This document shows positions 8,886-19,134 of a stretch of DNA of 64,000 bases, one piece after another. The stretch covers positions 233,787 to 297,786 of the IMG/VR virus record IMGVR_UViG_3300015214_000024. The stretch is one strand, 5' to 3'. The stretch comes from a virus. Lineage: Duplodnaviria > Heunggongvirae > Uroviricota > Caudoviricetes. Under the pieces are notes generated by a model. It searched no databases and was not told the origin of the DNA. It saw nothing but the letters and a program-made list of their open reading frames with translations. Within the stretch, counting starts at the first letter, position 1, and every line of letters starts with the position of its first letter. Position numbers and translations under genes: made by a program.

Positions 8886-9395
8886 GTGAAAATTTTGACA
8901 TCGCAAAGCTATTACGGTTATAACGTTGAAGTAAAAACGCCAGAAGCGCCGGAAGAATTGAATTATATTTGTAATTTGGCTATAGCTCAAAAATTATATG
9001 TAAATGAGGATTATACATTTTATAAACTATTGAATAATGAACGGCAATATATCAGACAGATGGCGGCGATGTCTATCCACGATGCTTTGTATGGATTAGC
9101 CATTGTCTGGGATTATTCTAGACGAATTGTTGATCGCGGCTTCGCTGAAAGTATGGAGCAAATGGAATCTTTTGGTTTTTTGCCACAAGCTGTTGGCGTA
9201 TTTGTACCACCACGCCAGCGTGGTGGTTTAATTGGATCATTAATGGTTAATAATATTTTGGATTCTTTTGCCCAGCCAGTATTTTGCATTGGCGATTCCC
9301 TACAGGAACAGGCATTTTGGATGTCAGATCGAGTAGATAAGACTTATATTAAATTTATGCTTACAGAAAAAGCAACAGTCCGGATCAATTTTTGA
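8886..9395 (+). CDS. GNAT-like protein
   Basis: VGVFVPPRQRGGLIGSLMV resembles GNAT motif A; AFW downstream. Confidence 0.55.
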   Translation: MKILTSQSYYGYNVEVKTPEAPEELNYICNLAIAQKLYVNEDYTFYKLLNNERQYIRQMAAMSIHDALYGLAIVWDYSRRIVDRGFAESMEQMESFGFLPQAVGVFVPPRQRGGLIGSLMVNNILDSFAQPVFCIGDSLQEQAFWMSDRVDKTYIKFMLTEKATVRINF

Positions 9396-9409
9396 AAGGA
9401 TATTGAAAA

Positions 9410-9844
9410 ATGTTAGATTCAATGATGGAATTATCAAAAGATAAGCTTTCAGAAATTATAAAAGAATATATTGAAGATTCTATCGCTCTATTGAACCAAG
9501 AGAGACGGTCCTATGAAAAGCGAGCAATTGAAGTAGTAACTCGTCCACGCTTGTTCGGTCTTCGAGCCCCAATGGCGATTAATCCCACTCCTGAAGAGGC
9601 TGTCAGAATAGTCAAAGAAAGACTCAAATGGTATGGATATTCACGACATAGTTATATGGCTCGCAGAGTTCAAGCAACTATGTTTCAGGATATGATTGAC
9701 CGAGGCGATGCTGATTCGAAGTTTTTAATTTCGGTTGATGACCATTCAATGCTGATGAATTGTGACTATTCATCAAAAGCATCTTGGAATGCAAACCGAT
9801 GGGATGCTAAAAATGATCCAGAATTAGCTGATATGTTTAATTAA
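9410..9844 (+). CDS. Hypothetical protein
   Basis: AAGGA RBS. Confidence 0.6.
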   Translation: MLDSMMELSKDKLSEIIKEYIEDSIALLNQERRSYEKRAIEVVTRPRLFGLRAPMAINPTPEEAVRIVKERLKWYGYSRHSYMARRVQATMFQDMIDRGDADSKFLISVDDHSMLMNCDYSSKASWNANRWDAKNDPELADMFN

Positions 9845-9949
9845 AATCGACTTTGTATAATTTTTATAATATAGTCTAATAGTAAAAGTATGTCCTGATT
9901 ACAGGCTTGATAGCTTTTACCAATAAACCAGACTATAAGGAGATATGCT

Positions 9950-10195
9950 ATGTCTGATGAAGTAACATTTAATGATGAATCTGGCTTGAATTGGAATGAC
10001 ATTTCAAGTGAAGATTATCGAGTTTATGAATTTGCTGATACTCAAATTAAGATCCAATCACCCTTAAAACTTAACGTAAGTAGGAGCGGCGGCCATCGAA
10101 TTTTTGATGCGAATGGCGTTAGTCACTACATTCCTGGTGGATGGCGGCATCTCTATTGGGAAGCGCGCCCAGGAAGTCCAAATTTTGTGAAATGA
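9950..10195 (+). CDS. Hypothetical phage protein
   Basis: AAGGAG RBS; DISSEDYRVYEF...GGHRIFD...HYIPGGW motif. Confidence 0.7.
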   Translation: MSDEVTFNDESGLNWNDISSEDYRVYEFADTQIKIQSPLKLNVSRSGGHRIFDANGVSHYIPGGWRHLYWEARPGSPNFVK

Positions 10196-10206
10196 TATAA
10201 CTGCGG

Positions 10207-10416
10207 ATGGTAGATAACTACCATCCGCATTTTTCTTGGGAGAAATATATGTGGGAATATGCTATTTGTGAACGCACTTGGAATGAACTTATGAACGAGT
10301 CATCACTTAACAACTTTGGCAAAGATGGGTGGGAATTAGTTCAAGTCATTAAGTCAGGCCCACGGGAATCGGAACGTCAATATATCTTTAAAAGACTCAA
10401 GGGCAAAAATGCTTGA
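10207..10416 (+). CDS. DUF4177-like small protein
   Basis: WEY...LNNFGKDGWELVQV...YIFKR. Confidence 0.65.
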   Translation: MVDNYHPHFSWEKYMWEYAICERTWNELMNESSLNNFGKDGWELVQVIKSGPRESERQYIFKRLKGKNA

Positions 10417-10447
10417 CACATAGTATTGTCTATCATATATTGGAATC

Positions 10448-10661
10448 GTCCGGTGGGAGGTTCGACTCCGCCCATCCAATGCTTGTCTGAAACCTGGTCA
10501 GCCGGCCCAGCGAGTAAGAAGTCTGGAGAGACTCGCGGAATATATAACCTTTATCCGTGCTAAGCAGCCTAAATGCCGTTTTAACTCTCCGGGGGAGATA
10601 GGTATTTAGAGTCCGAGGGTTCGATTCCTGATGGTAGGCGTGAGATTAATCTTGCGAGGAC
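10448..10661 (+). ncRNA. Unidentified structured RNA with two T-loop motifs
   Basis: Own TTGACA promoter at 10413; GTCC/GGAC ends; GGTTCGACTCC and GGTTCGATTCC; GC-rich and non-coding. Confidence 0.6.
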
Positions 10662-10690
10662 ACAAATTTTTCAAGTCATAGGAGAGCTAG

Positions 10691-11032
10691 ATGAGTAAAT
10701 TGATCCCAAATCGTAAACTTGAATATGCAATTGAAGTGCCTATGACTAAAGCAGAGGCACGTAAAGACGCACTTAAAACATTTAAGACTTTTGGAAGCAT
10801 TGTCCAAACATCTTTCGCCGCCCTTCTAATCGGGTTACTTTCTATTCCAGTTATCATTGCTGCTGAATGGGCAGCTTTAGTACCATTAGTTGGTATATTT
10901 CTATTCCTTCTTTATATTCAATATGATAATTATTATAGTTTCAATCGGAACCGAATCCTTTATAAGGATATAAAAGAAACTCGGGACCAGCTTGACGATT
11001 TTTTAAAGGAAAAAGGATATCTTGATACTTAA
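10691..11032 (+). CDS. Two-TM membrane protein
   Basis: Two hydrophobic segments; AGGAG RBS. Confidence 0.65.
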   Translation: MSKLIPNRKLEYAIEVPMTKAEARKDALKTFKTFGSIVQTSFAALLIGLLSIPVIIAAEWAALVPLVGIFLFLLYIQYDNYYSFNRNRILYKDIKETRDQLDDFLKEKGYLDT

Positions 11033-11342
11033 TAAACATTTGGATCAGATTCCGGAGGATGCCATTTATATTGGAAGGGGATCAAAATGGGGTAATCCAT
11101 TTAAGATAGGTGTTGATGGTAGCCGGTCTCAAGTTATTTTCCTATACGAAGAATGGCTTAAAACACAGGATGAACTTATTGATTCAATTGATGAACTTAA
11201 GGACAAAAGTCTTGTATGTTTTTGCAAGCCAAAACCGTGTCACGGTGATATTTTAATTAAAGTTCAGCGTATGGATTTTAATGATAGGAAGTTGTGGAAA
11301 GAAAACTTTTTTGACCGTAGAAATTTTTTTCAAGGGGCATAA
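11022..11342 (+). CDS. DUF4326 family protein
   Basis: YIGRGSKWGNPF...LVCFCKPKPCHGDIL. Confidence 0.85.
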   Translation: MILNKHLDQIPEDAIYIGRGSKWGNPFKIGVDGSRSQVIFLYEEWLKTQDELIDSIDELKDKSLVCFCKPKPCHGDILIKVQRMDFNDRKLWKENFFDRRNFFQGA

Positions 11343-11343
11343 T

Positions 11344-11622
11344 ATGATATCTGATGATATAATTGGTAAACTTATCACATCTATACAGCGCAACACAAGT
11401 GAGTGGACTGTTGATAATGATCTTCTAATTCACAAATCTAGGATTTTTATCGGCAATTTTAATAATCCATCGTGTTTAATTATCCATATTGCTGGTATCA
11501 AATATGGAGTTATTTCTAATACCATTGATGCAAAACAAGCAAAAATGTTATCCGAAACTATTATGGAAATTTATAATAATACTGTTGACTTATACGTCAA
11601 TTCAATCGTGGATCAGCTCTAA
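11344..11622 (+). CDS. Hypothetical protein
   Basis: AGGGG RBS; coupled to neighbours. Confidence 0.55.
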   Translation: MISDDIIGKLITSIQRNTSEWTVDNDLLIHKSRIFIGNFNNPSCLIIHIAGIKYGVISNTIDAKQAKMLSETIMEIYNNTVDLYVNSIVDQL

Positions 11623-11933
11623 TGATGAGTCAGATTATAAAAATAATTGAAATTTTTGGTGCTGAAATAACAAGCACTGAATATTTTTGTCAAAAGGGTG
11701 AGAATTCAATCTTTTTAGATTTTGAAAATGAATTCTGCTGGGCATCAATATCATATAACAAAGATACTAAAGACTTATCAAGTGCAGCAATTGAAGATAA
11801 AGGCCGTAAATTTTATTTTCAACTTAACATTCCTGGTTCTGTTTATGAAACAGATCCAGAAGCATCGCTTTTAGATAGCTATGAAGCTTATCTTGAAAAA
11901 TCGAAATTAATATGGGAAAATAAACTGACATAA
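11622..11933 (+). CDS. Hypothetical protein
   Basis: TAATG coupling. Confidence 0.55.
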   Translation: MMSQIIKIIEIFGAEITSTEYFCQKGENSIFLDFENEFCWASISYNKDTKDLSSAAIEDKGRKFYFQLNIPGSVYETDPEASLLDSYEAYLEKSKLIWENKLT

Positions 11934-11981
11934 ATTTCATTATGTATAAATAGACAGTTATATTCCTAATAGGAGACTATT

Positions 11982-12146
11982 ATGGCTTGTAAAAATTGTA
12001 AATGTCATATCACAGAAGATGATATTCGAAAAATGGACTACAAACGACTCAATCAGCTATTAAATGAAATGGTTGATGACGAAGTTTGCGATGATACACA
12101 GGCTAACCTCCAAGGAATGATTGAAAAGGCTAAAAAAGTTAAGTGA
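11982..12146 (+). CDS. 54-aa protein MACKNCKCH..., not in ORF track
   Basis: TATAAATA at ~11945; AGGAG RBS; open frame to TGA. Confidence 0.6.
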   Translation: MACKNCKCHITEDDIRKMDYKRLNQLLNEMVDDEVCDDTQANLQGMIEKAKKVK

Positions 12147-12156
12147 GGGTCTGGTT

Positions 12157-13152
12157 ATGCGCTCGAATGAAATTAAAAAACTAAAAGAACAAATTGCTTT
12201 TTTGACTAAAAAGATTGAAGAGGATTTGATTCTCAAATCAGTAAAGCCGGGCGAGATTGTTTTAACTGATCCCACTAACGATGAAGTGCCTGTTTTACAA
12301 AAGGCTGATAATGAAGAGCGTATTAAAATTTTGGCCAGAATTGAAGATGACATTAAAGATGATGAAGATTTGAACGAAAAGAGCGGCTATTCAGCTAAAT
12401 CAGCTCATTCAGGCAAAGACCTCGGTAAGCCAGGTAAAAATTTCAAGAAAATTGCCGATAAAGCCGCCAAGGAATATGGCTCAAAAGAAGCTGGAAAGCG
12501 CGTCGCAGGTGTAGTCTTGGCCAAACTTAGAAAAGAATCAGTAGATCCTTCAAAGGCACTTATGCTTGAAGGTATGGAAATGGCCTTAACTGGCGAGCTT
12601 GACGAAAAACTTAAACCATCAATGGGCGTTGGTGCTTACATTGACGACTTTGTCCATTCAAAGAATAAACGATTTGCTGGTAAATCAAAAGCTCAGCGTA
12701 TCAAAATGGCTAAAGGTGCTTATTACGGTGCTACTAAAGAATCAGTAAATGAAGCAGGTGATGAGTGGTATCAAAAAGGATATCAGCATTATAAAAATGG
12801 CGGTGAACCGAGAAGTCCAGCGTTTTTTGGTAAAATGGATTCGTATCATTCATTTAAAAAAGGTTTTGAAGCTGCTAAGAATGAAAAACCAGTTAATGAA
12901 GCTGCCGAAGATAGTGAACATTTTGTTATCACTCCAGAATTAATGCTCCGTTCAATGGAATGGGCAAAAGAAGATGCTGGAGAAGATATTCAACTTCACA
13001 AATATATTGAAGCGTTGTCAGAAATGATGGCTACCAAGGATGTTTTGGATAGTGATGATTATGAAGCTATTGTTTCAAAAGTTACACCAAACGATCCTAA
13101 TGTCAACGACAATGGACCGGAATCTCCACCAGAACAAGAAAGCACATATTAA
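12157..13152 (+). CDS. Putative late/virion head-associated protein with multiple protease-type (V/L)NE sites
   Basis: MRSNEI start; modules separated by LNE/VNE; downstream of TATAAATA. Confidence 0.55.
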   Translation: MRSNEIKKLKEQIAFLTKKIEEDLILKSVKPGEIVLTDPTNDEVPVLQKADNEERIKILARIEDDIKDDEDLNEKSGYSAKSAHSGKDLGKPGKNFKKIADKAAKEYGSKEAGKRVAGVVLAKLRKESVDPSKALMLEGMEMALTGELDEKLKPSMGVGAYIDDFVHSKNKRFAGKSKAQRIKMAKGAYYGATKESVNEAGDEWYQKGYQHYKNGGEPRSPAFFGKMDSYHSFKKGFEAAKNEKPVNEAAEDSEHFVITPELMLRSMEWAKEDAGEDIQLHKYIEALSEMMATKDVLDSDDYEAIVSKVTPNDPNVNDNGPESPPEQESTY

Positions 13153-13424
13153 TGGATTACAGACAAGCATTAATGTACCATTTGGTACGATATGAAATGA
13201 TGGTGTCGTTAGTTGGTGGTTTACCACTAACGACATATACTAAGCAAGAATTGCAAGAATTTATTAAATTAACAATGGATAATATTGAAAATTACCCATT
13301 AGAGAAGCTTAACCGTTGGTTTGGTTTTATCCAAGGAATTATTATAGCGTGTGGTTTTACAACAGTTCAAGCCGAACGTGATGCTACACGACCACATTTT
13401 AAACATTTAGATTTTCCCGCTTGA
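13152..13424 (+). CDS. Hypothetical phage protein
   Basis: KLNRWFGFIQG...ERDATRP motif. Confidence 0.65.
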   Translation: MDYRQALMYHLVRYEMMVSLVGGLPLTTYTKQELQEFIKLTMDNIENYPLEKLNRWFGFIQGIIIACGFTTVQAERDATRPHFKHLDFPA

Positions 13425-13477
13425 ATTTATCTTTTCTTTATGTTATATTGATTTAAATCAATATTGAAAGGAAGAAA

Positions 13478-14233
13478 ATGATCCCGGTGTATAATGTGAA
13501 TGGCTTACCATTCTGGTCTCAAGAAGACATCAAACTTAGAAATTATCTGAAGGATCATTTTGCATCCAAAGTATTTGGAATTCTTGAACAGGAGAATCCA
13601 GCTTGGAAGATGCTTGAAATTGAAGCACCACTTCTAACACCAGTAAGTTTAATCAATCCAAACTACACAAATGAAGATGTGTGGATGCAAGAACGTATGG
13701 ATAATGAGATTAACCATTTAGTTCTTCGTCCAGAAACGACTCCTGGTTCATATGCCTATGCTAAGCATCTTTTAGAATCGCATTCAATTTACAAGCCACC
13801 ATTTATTGTCTGGCAGGCAGGTAAAAGCTTCCGTCGCGAGCAGGACCAAGTTAGTAAGAATATGCGTTTGAAGGAATTCTATCAACAAGAATTCCAGTGC
13901 ATCTACACTGCTGACACTATGAATGATTATCACACTGCTGTTCTTGATCCAATCAAGGATATGTTGGCAGATGCCTGCAATCTAAGTGCTCGAGTGATTG
14001 CCAGTGACCGTCTTCCTTCATATAGTGAGATTACGATGGATGTTGAGGTATTCAACGGTGACAAATATATGGAAGTTTGCTCCATCAGCCGCCGCACTGA
14101 TTTCCCAACTAAAGCAAGATTCCAAACCAAGAAAGGTTTGGTAGAGAAAGATTTGATGGTTCTTGAAATTGCTATTGGTTTGGACCGCGTGATCTATAAT
14201 AGGAATCATATTGACAGATCACGCCCATTTTAA
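13478..14233 (+). CDS. Glycyl-tRNA synthetase-like class II catalytic domain without anticodon-binding domain
   Basis: LVLRPETT, QAGKSFRRE (motif 2), RLKEFYQQEFQ, LEIAIGLDR (motif 3); ends ~14 aa after motif 3. Confidence 0.8.
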   Translation: MIPVYNVNGLPFWSQEDIKLRNYLKDHFASKVFGILEQENPAWKMLEIEAPLLTPVSLINPNYTNEDVWMQERMDNEINHLVLRPETTPGSYAYAKHLLESHSIYKPPFIVWQAGKSFRREQDQVSKNMRLKEFYQQEFQCIYTADTMNDYHTAVLDPIKDMLADACNLSARVIASDRLPSYSEITMDVEVFNGDKYMEVCSISRRTDFPTKARFQTKKGLVEKDLMVLEIAIGLDRVIYNRNHIDRSRPF

Positions 14234-14246
14234 TTAGAGTGGATAA

Positions 14247-16235
14247 ATGACGAAACTTAATAAAGAACAACAAGAAGCAGTAGATCACAAAGATGGGCCT
14301 TGTATTGTTTTGGCCGGGCCCGGCGCCGGCAAGACGGCAGTATTGACTCGTCGCACCGCAAAACTGGTAGATTCAGGCGTAGCACCTGAACGAGTATTGT
14401 TATTAACGTTTACTCGTTTGGCTGCTAAGGAGATGCTTGATCGGGCAAAAGCCATCAACCCATTGTGCGAAAAAGTTGACGGCGGCACGTTTCACAGTCT
14501 TGCTACCCGCATAGTCAATCAAAATAATCATTTGTTTGGTAAAACCAAGCCATTTACTATTCTTGATGTTGAGGATAACCAGACAATAGTCAAACAGTTG
14601 ACTAATGAAGTCAGAAATGGATCCACAGATGAGGATTGGCCATCGCCATCAATGATTCAGCGAATTATTAGTTTTTCAACTAACACTCGAATGACTATTG
14701 CTGAATCTATTTTTTCAGTATCTCCTAATTATGTTCATCTCACCCAAAAACTTGAAACTATACGTGACAAATATTTTGATTATAAAATTGAACGTGGATT
14801 ATTGGACTATGATGATTGTTTGGAATATTTTTCTGCACTCTTGAGTAATGAAGATATCGCTCCAGCAATTAGGGCCAAATGGGACTATGTCTTAGTTGAT
14901 GAATATCAGGATACTAACCAACTCCAACTTGAGATCGTATATGGGCTGGTACACAAATCTAAAGCCAATATTATGGTTGTGGGTGATCCAGCCCAAAGTA
15001 TATATTCTTTTCGTGGATCTGCCCCAGAAACTATGACGGGCTTTAGAAATCGTTTCCCTAAATCTAAAATAATCAATCTTGATACCAACTATCGATCCAC
15101 ACCAGAGATTGTTGATGTGGTAAATTCAATTGATAAGCGACTTGGTATTGGTTTTAATAGAACATTACATTCATTTCAAAAGAGTAGTGATGACTTACCT
15201 AACTTTGTTGAATGTGGAAATGTTAATTCGCAGGCTGTCACATTGGCTGATAATATACTTGAAAGCAAAAATTCAGGTAAATGTATGTTATCTCAAAACG
15301 CTGTAATTGTTAGAGCTATGGCGTATGCTCGCCCTATTGAGATTGAATTTACAAAACGTAAAATACCTTATAAAATTGTCGGTGGATTGCGTATTGACGA
15401 GGCTGCCCACGTTAAGGATCTGCTCTCATTGGCCCGAATCGCAACGAATCCACAGCACGAACCCGCTTGGCTTCGAATATTGACGAGATTTAAAAAGCTT
15501 GGTGCAAAAACAGCAAATGAAATATCCAGTCTGATGGCTAATGCTGTTGGAATCCAGGATGTTGTTGATCAGCTTGAAAATTACCCTTCTAAGAAATTTG
15601 ATTTTAAACCCGTGATCAATTCTCTAAAGGAGTTTGATAAAAGTGATCTAACTCCTGCTGAAAAACTAGAACTTTGTGTCCAATATATGGAACCAATTTG
15701 GTCTACCATAAAAGAATGGAAAGATGATTGGAAGGACCGTAAAAAGGATCTTGAATCTATAATATCAATAGCTAATGATCATTCTACTGTAGAATCGTTT
15801 CTATCAACTATTACTCTTGATTATTCCGTTGACAACAAAAAGATTCACGAAAAAGAACCAAGATATGAAGATGATATGATTACTATTACTACTGTTCACG
15901 GTTCTAAGGGCCTTGAATGGCCAAGGGTTCATATTCCATCTTTTATATCTGGTCACATACCTTCAACTTATACTCTTGACACAAAAGAAGAAATGCGTAT
16001 ATTGTATGTCGCAGTGAGTAGAGCAAAGAAAGAATTGTTTATCTACAAACCGCTGTTCAATCCGCAAGGATCATTTTCACAAGAATCTGAATTTGAACCG
16101 ATGATTAAGCCACATTGTAATGTGGTTAGAGTTAAAAAGGGATCTCCTTTAGGGAGTGACAGAATAAATTCATCAACTAAAATTGATATGAAGGCAGTGC
16201 TGGCCGCGAAGATGAAAAAACGCCAAACTGCTTGA
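14247..16235 (+). CDS. uvrD: UvrD/PcrA-like SF1 helicase
   Basis: [52 protein letters not shown]. Confidence 0.95.
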   Translation: MTKLNKEQQEAVDHKDGPCIVLAGPGAGKTAVLTRRTAKLVDSGVAPERVLLLTFTRLAAKEMLDRAKAINPLCEKVDGGTFHSLATRIVNQNNHLFGKTKPFTILDVEDNQTIVKQLTNEVRNGSTDEDWPSPSMIQRIISFSTNTRMTIAESIFSVSPNYVHLTQKLETIRDKYFDYKIERGLLDYDDCLEYFSALLSNEDIAPAIRAKWDYVLVDEYQDTNQLQLEIVYGLVHKSKANIMVVGDPAQSIYSFRGSAPETMTGFRNRFPKSKIINLDTNYRSTPEIVDVVNSIDKRLGIGFNRTLHSFQKSSDDLPNFVECGNVNSQAVTLADNILESKNSGKCMLSQNAVIVRAMAYARPIEIEFTKRKIPYKIVGGLRIDEAAHVKDLLSLARIATNPQHEPAWLRILTRFKKLGAKTANEISSLMANAVGIQDVVDQLENYPSKKFDFKPVINSLKEFDKSDLTPAEKLELCVQYMEPIWSTIKEWKDDWKDRKKDLESIISIANDHSTVESFLSTITLDYSVDNKKIHEKEPRYEDDMITITTVHGSKGLEWPRVHIPSFISGHIPSTYTLDTKEEMRILYVAVSRAKKELFIYKPLFNPQGSFSQESEFEPMIKPHCNVVRVKKGSPLGSDRINSSTKIDMKAVLAAKMKKRQTA

Positions 16236-16290
16236 CTTGCTTTTAAGACAATACTATTATCAGTTAGAAATTAACACAGAAAGGAAATAT

Positions 16291-16917
16291 ATGACTCTTG
16301 TGCCAATGGTTGTAGAACAGACCAATCGCGGTGAACGTTCATACGACATTTATAGCCGACTCCTCAAAGAGCGAATTATCTTTATGAACGGCCAAGTTGA
16401 GGATCATATGGCTCAGGTCATTTGTGCCCAGCTTCTTTTCTTAGAAGCCGAAAGTCGAGAAAAGGACATCTATCTTTACATCAATTCTCCTGGTGGTGTA
16501 GTAACGGCTGGCCTTGCAATCTATGATACTATGCAATTTATCAAGCCTGACGTTTCTACTATCGTAATGGGCCAGGCTTGTTCAATGGGATCATTTTTGG
16601 CACAGGCTGGTGCTCCTGGTAAGCGATTGGTCCTACCTGAATCGCGAACAATGATTCACCGCGTCAGTGGCGGCACGCCTGGGACTCGTGGTTCCATTCA
16701 CGTTCAAGAGCTTGAATTTGAAGATGCGAAAAGAGCATATGAAGAAGGCAAACGTATTAATGAACGATTGACTGAACTCTATGTTCGCCATAACACTGCT
16801 GGTAAGACTTACGAAGAATTGTTTGAAACTATGAAGTTTGACACATTTCTTTCAGCAAATGAAGCAGTTAGTAATGGTTTGGCTGATCGAGTCGTCCCTA
16901 ACCGAGACGCGATATAA
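16291..16917 (+). CDS. clpP: ATP-dependent Clp protease proteolytic subunit
   Basis: [27 protein letters not shown] (Ser), MIHR (His). Confidence 0.97.
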   Translation: MTLVPMVVEQTNRGERSYDIYSRLLKERIIFMNGQVEDHMAQVICAQLLFLEAESREKDIYLYINSPGGVVTAGLAIYDTMQFIKPDVSTIVMGQACSMGSFLAQAGAPGKRLVLPESRTMIHRVSGGTPGTRGSIHVQELEFEDAKRAYEEGKRINERLTELYVRHNTAGKTYEELFETMKFDTFLSANEAVSNGLADRVVPNRDAI

Positions 16918-16947
16918 ATAAATTAGGATCCATTGGATCCTAATTTT

Positions 16948-17016
16948 GCCCCAGCCGAGGGAGCGGGTGCGAGTTTCCTAAACTTGCTTTTGTAGGTTCG
17001 AATCCTACCTGGGGTA
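16948..17016 (+). tRNA. tRNA-Arg(CCT), atypical D arm and 6-bp anticodon stem
   Basis: GCCCCAG/CTGGGGT; loop TTCCTAA; T arm GTAGG-TTCGAAT-CCTAC. Confidence 0.75.
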
Positions 17017-17021
17017 CTATA

Positions 17022-17375
17022 TTAAAATAAACACGAATCTAATATATCTTTAGATACCATTTTCCCCTGAATATGACTTACTTTATTGATTCTTGCTTTG
17101 TTAAGACGATGTAAACCGTCAATCACCGTGTGCCGCCAAGCGCCTACACTCATATCATACCACTTTGTAATTAACACTGGAATATTGATATTAATAGTTT
17201 CGTAATCGTCTGGGACAGGCTCATCAAAGTTTAAGACCCAAGTTAAGTCACTCACTCGATACAACTCTGGCTTGAGGTGCGCCGTCAATTTAAACAATTT
17301 ATTGATGTCATAAGATTTGCCATCGTGAACAAACGTGCTTGATGGGTCTTCTTTATATATTTCAAATAATCTCAT
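17022..17375 (-). CDS. ParB/sulfiredoxin-like domain protein
   Basis: PVLI...VIDGLHRL..A; MRLFEI N-terminus. Confidence 0.7.
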   Translation of the reverse strand: MRLFEIYKEDPSSTFVHDGKSYDINKLFKLTAHLKPELYRVSDLTWVLNFDEPVPDDYETININIPVLITKWYDMSVGAWRHTVIDGLHRLNKARINKVSHIQGKMVSKDILDSCLF

Positions 17376-17474
17376 CACACCATTCCTTAATTGTCTGATA
17401 TTTATCAGTGTTGACAGAAGAAGATATTGTGTTATACTGGAAACACTGATATAATTCTCTAGAAAGGAATATTA

Positions 17475-18269
17475 ATGGGTTGTTGGTCCGAAAGTTGCGC
17501 AATTTCAGGTCTCGAAATTGGAGCATATTGTGAAGCGGTAGTTATGGTAGTTAAGCCGGTATCAGAAGATGCTTATACTGAGTATGGTTCCTTTTCCCGT
17601 TTCGTCCCAGTATGTCCGCCAACATTTGGTGTATATTCTGATTATGGTGATATAGAGGGTGAAGATGCGCGGCCTGAACAGCTCGATTCTAAATTTTTCC
17701 TTGATCAGCTGGAAAAAGCTCGGCGAATTTACGATCCAAACAAAACAGATCATATGGAATATATGGGTCAGTTTTGGTGGTGTCGAAAAGACGTTTGGGA
17801 TTATTGTGATGCTCTACCTCTTGAATTTTCTTATGGCGACAATCCAAAGACCATAGGCGAGGCAGTCGAGAAACAGAGAATTAATATTAAGAAATATGTT
17901 GATGTACAGCTCGATATTCAAAATTCTGTTGATGATGAGGAAGGAAAACTTCGCCGCCTTTTTAGGAGCATATCAAGTGCTCGAGATATATTCGGATTAG
18001 GTCACATTGATGGCAATTTTGTAATTGGTTTGAAGCAAAAGCTTGATTTTGCTATTGAACAAGGGGACCTTGAAACCATTAACAATGTTGTAGAATCAGC
18101 ATTGCGAGTGCTGAAGGTGTCTCTGATGTGTTACGAACTTCGGAAAATTGTTTGCCCAAGCACTAGGGCAGGGCCTCAACACGGTGGTTATGAAGCCATT
18201 CTGTCATTAAATAAATTCACATTGGCTAAGTGCCAAGAATATTTCGCCGAATATGGTGAAGAAGACTGA
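17475..18269 (+). CDS. Hypothetical phage protein
   Basis: MGCWSESCAISGLEI start; promoter at 17411; RBS. Confidence 0.75.
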   Translation: MGCWSESCAISGLEIGAYCEAVVMVVKPVSEDAYTEYGSFSRFVPVCPPTFGVYSDYGDIEGEDARPEQLDSKFFLDQLEKARRIYDPNKTDHMEYMGQFWWCRKDVWDYCDALPLEFSYGDNPKTIGEAVEKQRINIKKYVDVQLDIQNSVDDEEGKLRRLFRSISSARDIFGLGHIDGNFVIGLKQKLDFAIEQGDLETINNVVESALRVLKVSLMCYELRKIVCPSTRAGPQHGGYEAILSLNKFTLAKCQEYFAEYGEED

Positions 18270-18270
18270 A

Positions 18271-18459
18271 GCCTGAGTCTGCCATAAAGGGCCGGCAGTA
18301 GGAGAAAGAGCCAGCTCAGGTAGCAGTGATCTTAAACACGTTGTGAAACGTTAAGGCTTACGTTCCGCCCCGTTGGGTAGGCAGCGCACCAATAAATGGA
18401 AGTATTTCCACAAGTTGGATGGTTTAGGTAAGGGATCAGCTACGGCGAATCACTGTTCA
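18271..18459 (+). ncRNA. Unidentified structured RNA (two closed domains)
   Basis: GCCTGAG/CTCAGGT and AGCAGTGAT/ATCACTGTT closing stems; GC-rich intergenic. Confidence 0.5.
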
Positions 18460-18483
18460 GTTTTAATTTAAAGGAATGTAATT

Positions 18484-18870
18484 ATGGGTCTATTATCAAT
18501 CGCATTACTTATACCGCTGTTTATTAAGCATTTTATTGCCGATTTCAAACTTCAGCCACCCTATATGTATAAAAATAAGGGAAATTTGTTTCATCCAGGA
18601 GGATGGATCCACGCAGGCATCCACGCAACGATGTCTTTTTTAATCATTTTGTCCTTTTCGATATTTGTTCAAATTTCTGTTTGGACTATTTTGGCAGTAT
18701 GTGTTGCTGAATTATTTGTCCATTATTCGATGGATTATATCAAAGTAAATGTTTGTAAGAAAAATGGATATACTCCAACAACTCACGAAGAATGGTTTAC
18801 TTGGCTCGGTATTGATCAAACAGTTCATAGCTTGACTTATTTGGCAATGGTTGCTATATTGTTGGTATGA
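18484..18870 (+). CDS. DUF3307 family membrane protein
   Basis: HFIADF.LQ, HAGIH, HYSMDYIK, GIDQTVH. Confidence 0.85.
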   Translation: MGLLSIALLIPLFIKHFIADFKLQPPYMYKNKGNLFHPGGWIHAGIHATMSFLIILSFSIFVQISVWTILAVCVAELFVHYSMDYIKVNVCKKNGYTPTTHEEWFTWLGIDQTVHSLTYLAMVAILLV

Positions 18871-18871
18871 A

Positions 18872-19048
18872 ATAGCCAAAGTTGGTGACGTTGAGTCCAA
18901 TTAATTGGGCACCTCTCGAGGCGAGGGTTGTGAAGCCAAAAGTAAGTATGCGAGTAGAGTCGACCGAAAGTTGAACAGTCCGCTAATATGGTCAATTAAT
19001 TCGACGGGATCGTTCCCCGAAGGAAAATATATTAGGCTTTGGTTATTT
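18872..19048 (+). ncRNA. Unidentified structured RNA
   Basis: Closing stem ATAGCCAAAGTT/GGCTTTGGTTAT; internal hairpins. Confidence 0.5.
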
Positions 19049-19134
19049 TTCATAGATGTATCAATATGTCACTAATCGCCGGATGGAGAAGCCGCGGTAT
19101 TATATCGGTTAGAATTTGTTGAAAGAACAATAAT

